A DNA stretch of 61,388 nucleotides, the filler included, from Porpidia crustulata (taxonomy: Eukaryota): the NCBI GenBank assembly GCA_964255105.1. It is 14 parts of 14 records of this genome, joined end to end, with 100 filler letters (N's around TTAATTAATTAA, not from the genome) between each part and the next. Parts side by side here need not be neighbours in the genome. Positions count along the whole stretch, not along the records: positions 17,668 to 21,972 come from CAXUWE010002102.1; positions 22,073 to 26,371 come from CAXUWE010002103.1; positions 26,472 to 30,758 come from CAXUWE010002104.1; positions 30,859 to 35,141 come from CAXUWE010002105.1; positions 35,242 to 39,521 come from CAXUWE010002106.1; 9 more parts are not named here. One strand, written 5' to 3'. Made by a program: the position numbers and the translations under genes. Shown here in pieces: positions 21,423 to 35,885 of the stretch (within the stretch, counting starts at the first letter, position 1; the number at the start of each line of letters is the position of its first letter). Below the pieces are notes generated by a model that saw only the letters and a list, made by a program, of their open reading frames with translations, made no database searches and was not told the origin of the DNA.

Positions 21423-22072
21423 GTAAGTAAATGGCTTTTATCAACACAGCAGCCCTGTGCTGTCTTCCTGCTTTTCTTGCCATCTGTATCCAGCATTGTG
21501 AAGTTTTCAAATCCAAAAATCAGATATCACACAATCTTGGCCATCCTCTACCGCTGCAAAAGCGATCTGCTGCATTTAGCCCACAAGTCCATCTCAGCAG
21601 CGGTATGTGCAATAGCATACTCATTAGCAGCCTTGCAAATATTATTGTGGTTACTTCATGGATTCCTCTTTGATATCTCCCAAATCATTGCAGCACAGCC
21701 TCCAATGTTCGCTCTTTCCCTTTATTACACACTTGACGACTGGTTCATGCCGGTACCCAACCACCAAAAGTGTTCTTCACAGCCGATGAATTGTGCTAGT
21801 GAAGGCACTTCTTCGACTTGGGAAGTAGCTCGCACACTGCTCTTCGTCTGGGCCATTCCTCACAGCATCGCAATCACTTTCGAAAATTCTCCTAGCTCTC
21901 AAATAGCTCTTAATGATCAACCTCCACCGTACGTCAACACCACCCTACCAAGCCCCCTCTATTTCCTCCAACNNNNNNNNNNNNNNNNNNNNNNNNNNNN
22001 NNNNNNNNNNNNNNNNTTAATTAATTAANNNNNNNNNNNNNNNNNNNNNNNNNNNNNNNNNNNNNNNNNNNN

Positions 22073-23046
22073 GTGGTCGTGATGATGGTTGGAGGAGGGA
22101 GTCCACCAGACATGCAATGCTTCGAGTCTTCGTCTTGGCGTTCCGATGCCGGCCTCTTTTCTGATACAAATACGTCGTCTTCATCTTCTAGCCGCTTCCG
22201 CTTGACCCCGCTGCTGTCCACGCCTGTCTGTTCAGACATCGCCACAGTAGGGCTATCTTGATTGCCGAATTGCAGCACCCTTTCAGCGATTTCTCTCTCT
22301 TCTGCCGGGACGTCTTCGGTAGGCCATTTGTAACTATGGTTGCTTGGTGGCAGCCACGCAATAATTCTTAGCTCCTTAACCTCCACTGGTCTGTCCTGAA
22401 TTTCTACCGGAACTTCCGTTCCTTCTCTTGCGTACTCATACAACCTTTTTCCCTGAACCCTTAATGCTGAATACAATGGTGGTCTTTGCATTATTTTTCC
22501 GCTGAACTTTTCGAGCGCCTTTTCCACGTACTCTCTGGTGATATGAGAATATGGTGCTTTACTCAGCACCTTCCCTACTGCGTCATAGGTATCCGTCGCT
22601 ACGCCGAACAGCACTATTGCCTCGTAGCTCTTAGTACATTCTATGAACTGCTGTAACTGCTTCGTTCCCTTGCCTACACCGATGATAAGTACTCCAGTAG
22701 CCATAGGATCGAGTGTGCCTCCATGGCCAATTTTGACTTGGAGGCGCTTATCTTTTCGGCGTCTACGTTGAGCATCACTGAGCGAGTTACGGTAAGATTT
22801 CTCGGCGGATATCCAGGGACTGAAAAGAGCGGAGGGGTTAAAGGCGGTTTGGAGGTCACGGATGACTTGATAGGAGGTGATCAAAGGCGGCTTGTTGATG
22901 GCTTTGGAAAGGCGGCTAAGACGTTAGATGTCGACCAAGTCCTCTGACATTCATCTTACTTGCTAAGAATCTCGTCTTGTTGTAACAGCTTTGCGTACTG
23001 CCGGGAATAATGACTAACCAAAGACACCTTCTAAGATTTTGGGCAT
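22073..23046 (-). CDS. PUS4: tRNA pseudouridine-55 synthase (TruB family), 5' part
   Basis: MPKILEGVF/AINKPPLITSYQVI, KIGHGGTLDPMATGVL, TDTYDAVGK and QRPPLYSALRVQGKRLYEYAREG. Confidence 0.95.
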
Positions 23047-23473
23047 AATCGACTGAAAGTGGAAGGAAGGTGACATATAGCGTGAAGTAAGGTCTCGGAT
23101 GAAAAGCGAGTGAAGTATAGTAGCTATCTTTCTGTGCGGGCACTAATCCATTACCTAAATTATTGAAAATTGAAGTTCATCATCAGTTCATTGAAACCGA
23201 ATCCTCAATACTCGACCGCAAGCTAACAGCAATCTGAGTTATACCGAACGTGAGGAGCGACAGCATCCCCTGTCGATCATGTCGTCACTCACGGATAGCA
23301 ATCGTTATCGCTTTAGCTCTAGAACTCATACTGACAGGACAGTCACACCATTGAGCTTAAGAAGCTGGAGTCGCCCTCTCAACTTGATGCGTTCAATCCA
23401 ACCCGTCAATGCTTTCTCCACTTTTATTGATCTGAGCACTCCAGAACCCCAATTAATAAGCGATTTATCTAGA

Positions 23474-25131
23474 ATGGTAATGTTGGAAGAAGACATCCTG
23501 GAGGCAAAAGATCCAAGCATTAAAGATATAGATGAATGGCCGACATTTGCGTTGCGTAAGGTGAGCGTCATCTCAACGAGGAATGGGAAGCAAACAAGCT
23601 TGCTCGAAGCGCATCAGGACAATCCTGTCAAGGTGTCGGGGCAGCTAGAACCGATTGCCAAGGACCAGATACACTTGGGTACAAACGAACCTAGCCCTAC
23701 CGCGGTCATCCAGCTAATCAGTTGTTCAGTCAAAGATGATAGGTATAGAACAAAGACCATCGAGCTCAGCAATGTTGTCAGTTATGCATTTGCGGAGTAC
23801 GACGACGGAACATTTGGATTTTGGGCAGCAGGAAAGGCCGGATGGTTTGAGATTAGGAGTGCCTCCGGGCCATATCAGCAGACTTTCGCGAACATGAATG
23901 AGGCTTCTGCAATGTTCTATATTATGGTTGACAAGACGAAGAGGGGCCGTAAAGATCCTTCGAAAATGAGTATCAAAGACCTGAATAGATACGGAAATGG
24001 CTTAGCTAAGGACGTGTGTTGCCTCATTGTAGCTCTGTCTCCACGATTTGGCACGTATTAATTCTACACAGTACATCGCTAGTGGACACAACCATGTTGA
24101 TCGTACCGGGACGAATGATGTATTGGATGGTTATGATGACCATCGACACTTCCTGATTACGTCAATGTTGGAAGGCCAAGAACTTGGAAATGACTGGGCA
24201 AAGGCACCGATGCTCTATTACTATAAGCAAAACTTTCCGGTAGAGATTTCACCTTAAAGCTCAACGTAATCTGACAATATCTAGGACGACTTCACAGAAA
24301 TCAAGACAAGGGTAGCGTGCTTTGGAGCAGGCGGTGCTCAACTAATGGACATTCAGGCCGTCAAAGCTGTATCACAAAATCTTCAAAGCGGAAAGCAAGC
24401 AGATCCACGCACACCAGCCAAGTCGCGTGTTGAGACGACAGATAGCTCAGACGATGAGGATGATAACGGAAATGAAGATGATGAGCTTATTCGACCAAAC
24501 CCAAGAGGCCGCAAACGTAAATCCATACTTCAACCCAGGGGCAGCAAATTTTCGAAGAAGGCTGCGTATCATCGCAGTAGTCTTCGCATTGCCGAGACTC
24601 ATGATGACGACAACGAGGATCAAGACGAAATTATAGAAAATGTCTCTCCTCTCGCCACAGCCGCGTCCAACCGCAACAAGCGCCAAGCACCTCCAGATCA
24701 GGACCCTTCGGTAGAAGGCTATCACGAATACCTCCCTCAACCATACATCGAAGTCAAACTCGTTCACCAGGAACTTCCAACTACTTTTCCTCAAGGACCC
24801 AATGATGACTGGTCACGTTATCATGGAAGCTCAAAAGAAAGGAAGGAAGAATTCAAGCAACCTTTTCAAGAGCATGCGGCAACTGCGAAGGAGAAGATTG
24901 ATCTGGTGATGAATGAAAGAAGACCCTATCTACCGGTCAAGTAAGTAACCGAACCTTCTTTGAACGGGCTCAATAATAATCATTGTGTTGTCAAGCAATC
25001 TTGTGCGCCGCCTCCAGGCGATGTCTCATGACCCGGAATTGAACAAATCACCTCGGACGATGTCCGAGAAAGCAGTAGCTGCGAATCCGGCGAAGAAGTT
25101 CCCTGCGCCTATCAAGCGGTACCTTCGTTGA
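23474..25131 (+). CDS. DNMT1 replication-foci (RFTS)-domain protein, Raf2/DIM-7-like, multi-exon
   Basis: EEDILEAKDPS..DEWPTFAL..SLLEAHQDNPVKVSGQL..YAFAEYDDG..FWAAGKAGWFEI, typical of fungal RFTS-domain proteins; C-terminal EKIDLV..RPYLPV/NLVRRLQ. Confidence 0.7.
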
Positions 25132-25635
25132 TCGAAAGACTTCGGGAAGACTGATCTTGCCAACGAATCTCGAAACGTCCACTGAAGCAGGATATTTCAT
25201 CAACACTAATGAGGAGATTCTCGGTATTCGACACTGTCTATGTCTGAATTACAGCTGACAGATTAATACAAGTTCGTCGCAACAGATTCATATCCTCATA
25301 TATTTGAGGCTCATCTGGCCTCCAATCAGAGAAAAGGATTGAGGCTTGAACGTCGCGCTTAGTCCCCTTCTTGCTATTGTCGGACTATAGTAAATTGAAC
25401 GATTGGAGACCTGTATGCGGACGTGACGGCTGAATTCCGTCAAAATCTTTTGTTGCACCAAAGGATTTGTCTATGGTAGATGACAAGACTAGAAGATATG
25501 TTGAAGGCGAAATACTAAGGGTTGCGCCCTAGAAGGAGTAAAAGGGCGATTGAGAAGGCTTGGCAGCAAAAGTAATCAGGATATTTCGGCTTCCGACCAA
25601 ATGGGTATCTCTTGCCTTCAGTTTCAATTTAACAA

Positions 25636-26371
25636 TCACTTATTCCTTCTACTCTTCCCCAAACGTTTCGCCCCTGGCTTCGCGGCCCCGGTTCCCTTCA
25701 TCGCCTTCGCCGAAAGCCCTTTCAGATCACCACTGGACAAGGCGTCTCCACTCTTCGAAAAGCGTTTCTTTCCACCGAACCCGAATTTCTCGTCTTTCTT
25801 CCGGCGCTTGGTCGGCCTGTCACCTGCTGACCCATGGCCGTTTCTGGAAGGTTTGGATGTTTTGTCGGCTTTAGTCGCGTCTTCAAGGGCAACGTCGAAA
25901 AGGTCTTCTTCGTTGGTGGGCCCGGGGGTGTCTGCGTTTTTGCGCTCTAAGGGCAAAGAGTATTAGTTTAACCAAGGTCTCGTTGAGGAGAACACTGGAC
26001 AGTAAATATAGGAATTTTGTATTGCATCTCTCGGAGAAGCTATGCTTTCAGCTTTCAGCAGACAGGGTGACATACTTCGTTTCAAAATATCAATCTTCCC
26101 TAACATGTCTCGCTTCGCCTTATCTCTCTCCTGTAGCTTTGCAATCTGCACCTGCTTGCCGAACCTTTTCAAATCTCTCTGTTTCCTCGCTTCAGCAGAC
26201 GCCTTCTTGTTTGCAGCCTCCTCTGTCATTTTGTGCTTGATCTTCACCATGTGTTCATCACTCTTCACCATCTCCGCGAAGTAGTCGTTGGTTTTTTTTA
26301 TTTTAAGGCGATCATTGTTTTGTAGTTTTATGGCTTCGTCGGCAGCGTCAAGACATTGTTTGTAGAAAGCG
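25636..26371 (-). CDS. EBP2: rRNA-processing protein Ebp2, 3' part
   Basis: AFYKQ..DYFAEMVKSDEHM, KRFGKQVQ, KDEKFGFGGKKRFSKSGDA and KRLGKSRR. Confidence 0.95.
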
Positions 26372-26471
26372 NNNNNNNNNNNNNNNNNNNNNNNNNNNNN
26401 NNNNNNNNNNNNNNNTTAATTAATTAANNNNNNNNNNNNNNNNNNNNNNNNNNNNNNNNNNNNNNNNNNNN

Positions 26472-28155
26472 GAAGGGGGGAGGAGGTGGAAGGGTGGCAT
26501 GAGTGGTAGAGGGGGTATTTTACGGCGGATAGAAGAGCGAGAAGATATTCCTCGAATTGAAGGCGGATGAACTCTTCCGAGCCCATGTAGCCGAGGGTTT
26601 TGGGGCGTGAGGGGTTATTTTCGTCCCAAGTGTCGGTGATGGTTTGGGTGAGGAAGTCGATCCAGCGGCGATCGGCAGGCGANNNNNNNNNNNNNNNNNN
26701 NGTAATATTAATGGTGGTTTCGTCAAGCTAAGATGTCCATTCAGCTTACATGACTACACAGGATTAAAATCTTAGTACACACATTAATTAGAATGTCACT
26801 ATAGCGATCCTTTTGCTGTAGAAGAAGGGAGTTTGTGGATCCAATGATATATGATTTCGTTCCGTAATCAGCAAGAACATCCAGCTGCTGTAATGGTGTA
26901 TAAGGTCCAAAAAGGCTGCCCTGTAAGACTTCAGCGGCGAGTCTTGATCAAGTCTACAGCAGTGAATGTACCTTGCCGAATCTATCATATGATCAGCTCT
27001 GGATCTTTTATCGATAGGAACAACCTACAGTTGGAGTGGTAAACCCATATACGAGAGCACTAAACGCGATCAGCCATAGCTTGTCAATAGAACTGGAGAC
27101 ATACGGGATCCTCTTTCACTCGTTTTCAACGACGTAGGCATGCCCAAATTCTTTTCATAACTGTCAAATTCTGGATCCGTGCAGTCTTCTAACCTCCGTA
27201 ACAGACCGGGTATCAAAGATATCAAGGAAAATTGCATCATGCATAATCTTTCACAACGAGAGCCGAAAAACAGCATCTAACGAAATCAGTAGCTAGTCAA
27301 GAAACCTGTATCTAGGATAAATACCTTTGGCTGTAGCAAACAGCATTTGAAAAGCACCAAAGCTTGATGTCTATACTCATGAATAAATTCCCGTAATGAA
27401 AGCCCTGGAAAGATGAGCACTAGAACCATGTGAACAAATGCCAGAGTACATACCCAGATATTGATCTCGATCATCCTCGGAATCACGCATAGTCGACACG
27501 AGGCTCTCTTGAAATTTCTATACTTGATTCAGCCGCAGTTCATCAAAGAAGCCAAGAAACACTCACCAACCTTTAATATATCCACATCCGTAAAGTCCCT
27601 AAACTTTCATAAGCCCATTTTTCAGTTTGCACGCAAGCTCACCCCACCTCTGAGTGAACCAGGCTCCAGTGACCATTGAAAGCTTTTCTCTAAGATGTCC
27701 AAAGAATTGCGGGCTGTCTGCAATGGCTACGACTGCCTTTTGAACCGTACTCCTTGTGACTTCGGGCGGTCGATTCAAGAGCTGACTTGCGTCCATCTGC
27801 CTCGTACATGATATCCCGAAAAGAGACGTTGCGGCGCACGTAGATGTGGATTTGCGGCGAAGGGTAAAATACGAAAAATCCTCCGTCGATCTGGCTCTCA
27901 GTCAGCCCAAAGAAAGTCCAGCTGGAGACGAAATGTACGTGTGGGCGCCATCTGAGAGGGCCATGAACGGCAGAAAAGACCAATCATTTTCGATGGCTGG
28001 ATCGGTGCCTTCTTCCACGCCAAACCAGCCCTCAATCTCAGGCCCTCTAATTGAAAGTCAGCTGTCGTTCGCAGTTTGATAAAACGGGCGATTGACCTTG
28101 CGTGGTGAAAGCCCACGACGCAGACTACAGGCGCAAAATTTGTAGAGGAAGCCAT
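26472..28155 (-). CDS. AVL9: Late secretory pathway protein Avl9 (DENN-like), 5' part, 10 introns
   Basis: Spliced: VCVVGFHHAR/GPEIE..LPFMALSDGAH/STEDFSYFTL..LFGISCTRQ..VTRSTVQKAVV..GLPLQ/LFGK/GSLFGPYTPLQQLD..DRRWIDFL..GSEEFIRLQFEEY. Confidence 0.93.
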
Positions 28156-28689
28156 GCAGTAGCATTGGAGCAAACATTGACGTCCAGCAAAGCAATTGGG
28201 ACACTGTTGAGTCAAAGAGACGGTGAATAGCAAGTTGATCCAATCTCGAGTTACGTTGGTCAGGCCCGCCAATCGACCAATGCCAAGCATCACAGCCCTA
28301 CAATATCTACATGACGTGCAGAGGTCGAGTCCATGCGTCAAAATCCAATACCCCTCCTGTAAATGCTACTGTTGTACTGTATGGTAAGAGATCTATGTAA
28401 GGTATCTTATTTTCTGAAACACGTAAATAACACGCTATTACCCAGCTAGATACATCAAGTCTTTATAGTTGTTTAGGGTGCTGTCGAGTCTTTCTACTTG
28501 TGTGCTGCTGTGTCACGCACTTCGCCCACATCAAACACCAATTCCTGATCCCCGGTACTACAAGGTAAGCAACGGTATTTTGTTGCTGAAACCCAAGATA
28601 CTTACGGAAAAGCTAGCTGGTGAAAGGAAATACTCCGTAACCAATTGTAGCCAAAGGGAGATACAGTCGTAGAGAATCATGAAAACGCC

Positions 28690-30191
<1,502 letters not shown>

Positions 30192-30858
30192 GTTGACTGA
30201 ATCGACCTCGTCGACACGATCCGCAGATAGGAGGGTGAAGGGTAACGGGCAAGACGCTGAAGCGGATACTTTAGGTATGCTTTGATTTTTCGTAGGTGGG
30301 ATTGATATCACGGAGAGACGCAGGTGGTTTGGGAAAGCGGGATCTGCAAATCACACTAGGGTAAAGAAGACTACGGCGCATGTTTCCCTGCTGATCTCCC
30401 GGAAAAACTGGGATTCAGGGTGCTTCCATCACTTCCATGGCTTCCAACCCTCTGCGAATCCTCAACGCTTCCACCCGGAGCATCTGCAGCTCCGCAGCTC
30501 AGAAATCTGCTAAATCAAACCGAATAAACGCTCAATGATCTCAAAGGAAAGACAGGTCGTATGCTCATAAAGCAACCACAAGGCTACCGGCTGACCTAAG
30601 TCGTCTGTATAAATACATACGTCACTCGGCAAATGGCGTTGCCCTGAGTATAGTGATTTGTACCTACCAATCATAGTTAGTATGGAGTCTCGGAGCTTTT
30701 TTTTTTGTTATGTCAGGTTTATTGTCCTTAACTATGCAAGCTAGGCTTATGAAAGACANNNNNNNNNNNNNNNNNNNNNNNNNNNNNNNNNNNNNNNNNN
30801 NNTTAATTAATTAANNNNNNNNNNNNNNNNNNNNNNNNNNNNNNNNNNNNNNNNNNNN

Positions 30859-31182
30859 ACTTTCACCCTCATCGAAAGCGAAAGACGGTATTGGCTTTTC
30901 ATCTGTAGTTTGAGCATATGTTTTTGGAGTTGCGTCTGGAGAAACACTGCAGATAGCATTGTTTGAAGGTGTGACGCTGGATGCAGGTACCGCAACATAC
31001 TGATCTATCGCGGGTTCTTCTGCATGGTCTGCATCTTGTGGCTTTTCAGGCCCCACTGACTGATCTCGGGCGGACTCTTGTGTCGAGCCATCATTTCCAA
31101 CTAGATGTCTAAGAAATACGTGTCGCTTATATATGAGGAGAGGCAGCGAGGCAGCGATGACACCAACTCCTAGATATCCCAT
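30859..31182 (-). CDS. N-terminus of a membrane-anchored protein (3'-truncated; possibly cytochrome b5-like family)
   Basis: MGYLGVGVIAASLPLLIYKR hydrophobic anchor followed by a low-complexity linker that runs into the contig edge. The family guess is weak. Confidence 0.45.
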
Positions 31183-31842
31183 AAGGAAATGCAAATTATA
31201 TGGTTTGGGAAAATGTAAGAGTGACTTAATCACAGCAGATTAAGCTCGTCTTACCGAAACGCTAGGATCTTCTCTAGCCAAATTTTGCAAAGTCGTACTT
31301 CCAGATCGAGTAAGCGCTTTCCTGGCATGAGCCGCTTAAAGTTAGCGTTGCCGAGGTTCGCCCGATTGAGATTATTCGATCCCTGTGTGACAAGCGCCAT
31401 TTGAAATAGATATCTGATGATCCTTCAATGCTACTCCCATCGACGAGTGCAAAAATGGCATGTGTGGTAGAATTGATCAAGAGCTGCACTCATACACTCA
31501 AGTCTTTAGAATCTTCGAGGACGATTGGGTTGCTTGTATGAATAACGAAGTAAAGAGTTATAATATATCTTTCCTTGATACCGAGATATTATACAAAAGA
31601 CCATTGGAGTGGCCGCGCCGCCTTCCTGTAACATCTCATTCAAAAGCGATCATTCTCACCTCTAGACAATGGTATGATGTCAGTATTACTATTGGTAGCG
31701 TTGTGGTTCTCATTGATTGGCCTGTAAAAAGTCAAAAACCGCTGTGGCTTGTTGGCTGAAGTGTTTTGAGCTTTGCAGACTTTGGCATTTATCAAAGACG
31801 TCGTCCGTGTATTTCAAGGTTCACTTTTGGATCAATGATAGC

Positions 31843-32888
31843 ATGATCGAAAAGTACCTTCTCATTTGTTACATACTTCTCCCTTGGTAGTCGCCGACTT
31901 CAAGATTGCTTCCGCTACGATGGATCTTCCTCAAACGATTTCCCGTGCGATCCTGATGCGAATGTTTGTATTCCACATCCCATCGCATCCTCACTTAGAA
32001 GGATTCCAACTGAATGACAGATTTAGACCAGCTCATGTTGCGCAAGCGGGTGGATATGCTCCAAGAATCTCTTTTGTACCTCTGGGCTAGACAGAAGCGC
32101 AGTGGTGGTAGGAACTTGTACGGACAAGACTTTCCAAGACTCTGCATATCCTTATGCCCTAAGTCAGCCTCTCTTGCCTTTTCTCCAATTGACAGGCTGC
32201 GAGTACAGAGATTGACATGCATCCTCAAGACTCAGGACACACCACCCCAGGTTTCGACCTCGTCAGTGACGCAAACTTCACTTTCTGCAATTCACCAAAA
32301 GCCGTCGTTTGTCCATCTCCGAACAATCAAAGTTGCTGTGACCAAGGACAGGGAAGGTCCGAAATCCTTTTCCTTGGCCGCGATCCACTTCCATTTGGAA
32401 AGCCTCAGATGAGCTCTTACTATACGTCTGCCGGATACACCATTCCAACCTCAATTACCAAATCAGACTCGACAGCTCAAACTCCTCTAACCGATGGGTC
32501 TAATAAAACCATGCCGTCCACTATTAGTGGAACGTCAAATCCACATACCGTTACCGTCTCAGCATCTACAACTTCCCAGGGGACCTTGGCCACAAGTATG
32601 CCGGCCGCCAACGCCTCAGCTGGATCGTCTGGCATGACTTCTGGCGGCAAGATCGGTCTGGGTGTAGGCGTAGGCGTAGGCGTAGGAACTGCAATCATTC
32701 TGTCCGCAGTATTCTTCTACCGACGTCGCAGAAAGCACGCCAAAGAGCCGGATATAAGACAGATCGAGGGCAACATGCCCAGGCCGGTAGCTGCGTACCT
32801 TGGAAGAGGAGAACTGCATAACGCATCCATCAAGCCGGAGCTGGACGCCAGGCATCCCAATCATGGAGATCATGAGCTACCAGGCTAG
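31843..32888 (+). CDS. Mid2-like single-pass cell-surface protein (Cys-rich head, Ser/Thr stalk, TM); 5' end appears frameshifted
   Basis: CFRYDG..PCDPDA/SSCCASGWICSKNLFC..GTCTDKTFQDS; Ser/Thr-rich stalk; GGKIGLGVGVGVGVGTAIILSAVFFYRRRRK TM; ELH/ELD/ELP tail motifs. Confidence 0.65.
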
Positions 32889-34303
32889 CCGACGCATGGC
32901 GACGCTTTACGTGGAGCAGGGAATACTTTGCGAATGTTGATATGGGGTTACAATGGATTTGAAATGGCATAAGCGGCACATATATATATGATCCTGGTTT
33001 AATTTTCATTCACGATGAAAATCGGAGAGCTTAGATACCGAGCGGCCTAGTACTCAACATGGGCATATTGTACAAGTCGTCCTCGATGGGAGGGTTTTCC
33101 ATAAATTTATTCACCTAATTTATATATTAACAACAACGTCGTAAGCACCAGTTGGTCAACTTCCTCTAGTGTGAGCATTGATCTCGGTATGAGCATAGGC
33201 GCTGACGTCGTCTTCATGATAAGATTTCAATCACACTCTTTGTCTAGAGGCACTGTGAAGAGTGGTCCAAGATGTGCGTCTTGTGAAAAGGCGCCATGAG
33301 ACATTGACTGAAATTGTCGATTACATATCTTAGAAATGCCTGTCTGCCGACACTCAACGTAAGTAGTAGCAATGAGGAAACCCTAGAATCTTTTGTAATC
33401 CGAGTCGTCCCAAGATTCGAAACGTCGACGACTAGAAATTGCAGCCGATCAGCTGCGATGATGGCTATGTACGAAGTCCAAGCTACTGACGATAATTGAC
33501 GCTGACACGATCTTGATTTGAATGGTGTGCAGATTCTCTAAATAGTACTCGGGTAGCCTCAAGAAAAGTACTGAGCCCTAACCCTAGGTTCATTGACCAG
33601 CTGAGGGGCTGACCGATTGAGGGGTGGATAGGTGTAAGCCCAGTATATCTCGGCACTGATCCATTCAAGAAGATCCAAGGACGACGACAGGTCTTATTGT
33701 AATAGGATTGGTAGCTTCTACCTACCTCCAAATGCTGCAGCAACCACAGGGTCTTGGCAAATTCTACGAATTCCAGCCTGCTATTGTCACGAGTGAAATC
33801 CTGGTGAGTGCAGTCTCGTATTTTCTCTAGGCTGGAATTTCAGCCCTGGATAGGTAATTTTGCTAAGACACGCGATCCATCTAGCCGCATAGCCAATAAA
33901 GCCACTAAAGCCGGCGGCCCAATCACATGCTACTCATGCCGAAACCCTCATCTCACATTCTTCAACATTCAGGGTGCCAGACGAGAAAGCGGGAGACTCT
34001 CTATGGCCTATGCCCAGCCTTGTGCGACCGGTCAGATGTCGCTATTCGCTGATTGGTGATGTGCCCGTTGGACCCCATTGAGGGCGTCGGAGCTTGAGCC
34101 GTTACGGCCAGACGTGCTCGAGGCTGCTTGTCTAGAATTGCTCGAACGTCAATTCCAAGCGCGTTGGCGTCGAGCTGAATGGCAGCCTCGTTGAGTCAAT
34201 GCGACTTGTCGCGTACAAGAAGAGCCTGGTTCCCGTGTACTCGCCAATTGCACGTCAACTGTTGCTCTATCTCCAATTATAATTTCTTCCTTCCACCGCA
34301 GCG

Positions 34304-35141
34304 ATGGCATTGCAGATATACACAACCGACAAGACATCCCCTCGTGGCTTCTCATGGATATGGTTCATCCGTCTGTTTCAATTTGGTCTCACCTTCGTTG
34401 TCCTCGGAATCACAGCGGCAGGCGTGACAAGTTTCCACGACATCGGCTGCAGCGCTCCCTCCAAACTTGACTTCAATCTGGCCGTGGTATGAATCCCAAA
34501 AGACATGTCGCCCATTACTGTAGCTCACTATCTCTAGTCTATCCTTGCCCTGATCGGTGTTGTATATTTCCTCTTCGCCACCGGCCCCCGGAATGTCTTC
34601 AAGCTCCTCCCGTGGTTCATCTGGGGCCAAATCTTCCTCGACGGGCTGCTCCTCGTGTTCTGGCTTGCCGCGGCCGCCACTTCGCGGTACAATTGCTCTG
34701 ACCTGTGCAACGCGTGCAACTTTGCCTACGAAGAACTTGAGTTCGACAATCTTTTGTGTTTTTGCAATGTTCTGGTGAAGCGAGATACCTCTCCTGCGCC
34801 CAACGGGCTCGCTCGCACGCTAGAATCCAGAGCGACCTCGAGACACTATGGAGGTTCCTCGGCGGGTGCAAAGGTTGGCTTGGATGCTGTCATGACGTAC
34901 GTACAATAGCACTTGTTCTACCACTTGTTCAACTACCAGCATCTGCAATACACCTATTTCTACCAGAATTTTTATCAAGCCGTCTGACTGTCACCTTACC
35001 GCCCCTTTCCCCTACCCTGCCTCAAACCATCATTCACCCAACCTCCACCCACTAACACTCCTCCCACAGCGTCCTCTTCGCCATCACCCTCGCCTCCACA
35101 ATCTTCTGGTTCATCTCCACCCGCCGCCACTCCTCCACCAC
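34304..35141 (+). CDS. MARVEL-like multi-pass membrane protein, 3'-truncated
   Basis: WIWFIRLFQFGLTFVVLGITA, LDGLLLVFWLAAAAT, a Cys-rich loop and AKVGLDAVMT/VLFAITL; two introns. Confidence 0.7.
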
Positions 35142-35885
35142 NNNNNNNNNNNNNNNNNNNNNNNNNNNNNNNNNNNNNNNNNNNNTTAATTAATTAANNN
35201 NNNNNNNNNNNNNNNNNNNNNNNNNNNNNNNNNNNNNNNNNCCTGCGCAAAAATCAGGAGTGTCTTTATCCGCAAAGAATTACTGGTGCTTTGAGATTCG
35301 CTAGCTCCGAATTCCCTGTATTCTAATATCGTGAAATCGTTGAATGACCGTCGAGACGAGGATTCATCCCATTATCAAGCCCCATTCTGTGTTCACGGAG
35401 ATACCACTGCACTCATTGAAAGCTTCCGCTTAGACGACCGTTGAGTCTGTTATGTTCTCATGAGAAGATTGCGTTCGGAAAGAACCTCCAGCTGGAGATT
35501 CGTGGTGTGAATCGTTAGCCAAATGTCGTTCACCTAGGACTCGATGAAATGGAAATGTTTCCTTTTGAAAAGCGAGCATACCATTTGGAATAAGCGAGGA
35601 AGGGGCAAAGACCTGAGCATCTTCAGGATAAAGGGAGTCTTTGGAGAAGCTAAAGAGCAGTTGTTTCTGAGATCGTCCAACGTCTCTCTGCTCCTCTGAA
35701 GATGTGTCAGATGCTGTTCCGAGGGGCAAATCCAATGGGATGTATGTTGTCGATTTATAGATGAGTCTTGTCTGACATTCGCCATGAGACTGCAGGCTCC
35801 GGGTTGAGAATAAATGCAACGGAAAAGGCACCGAAAATTAGGGGAGAAGCTCATAAAGGCATGGGATACCTGCAAATCGGTTCCT

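Noticed and set aside
26290..26335. Odd EBP2 segment IKLQNNDRLKIKKT replacing the expected conserved segment (approximately LLKKEGVPFSRP)
   Set aside because: Length appears preserved, it is A-rich on the coding strand and next to the contig end; most likely low-quality base calls.
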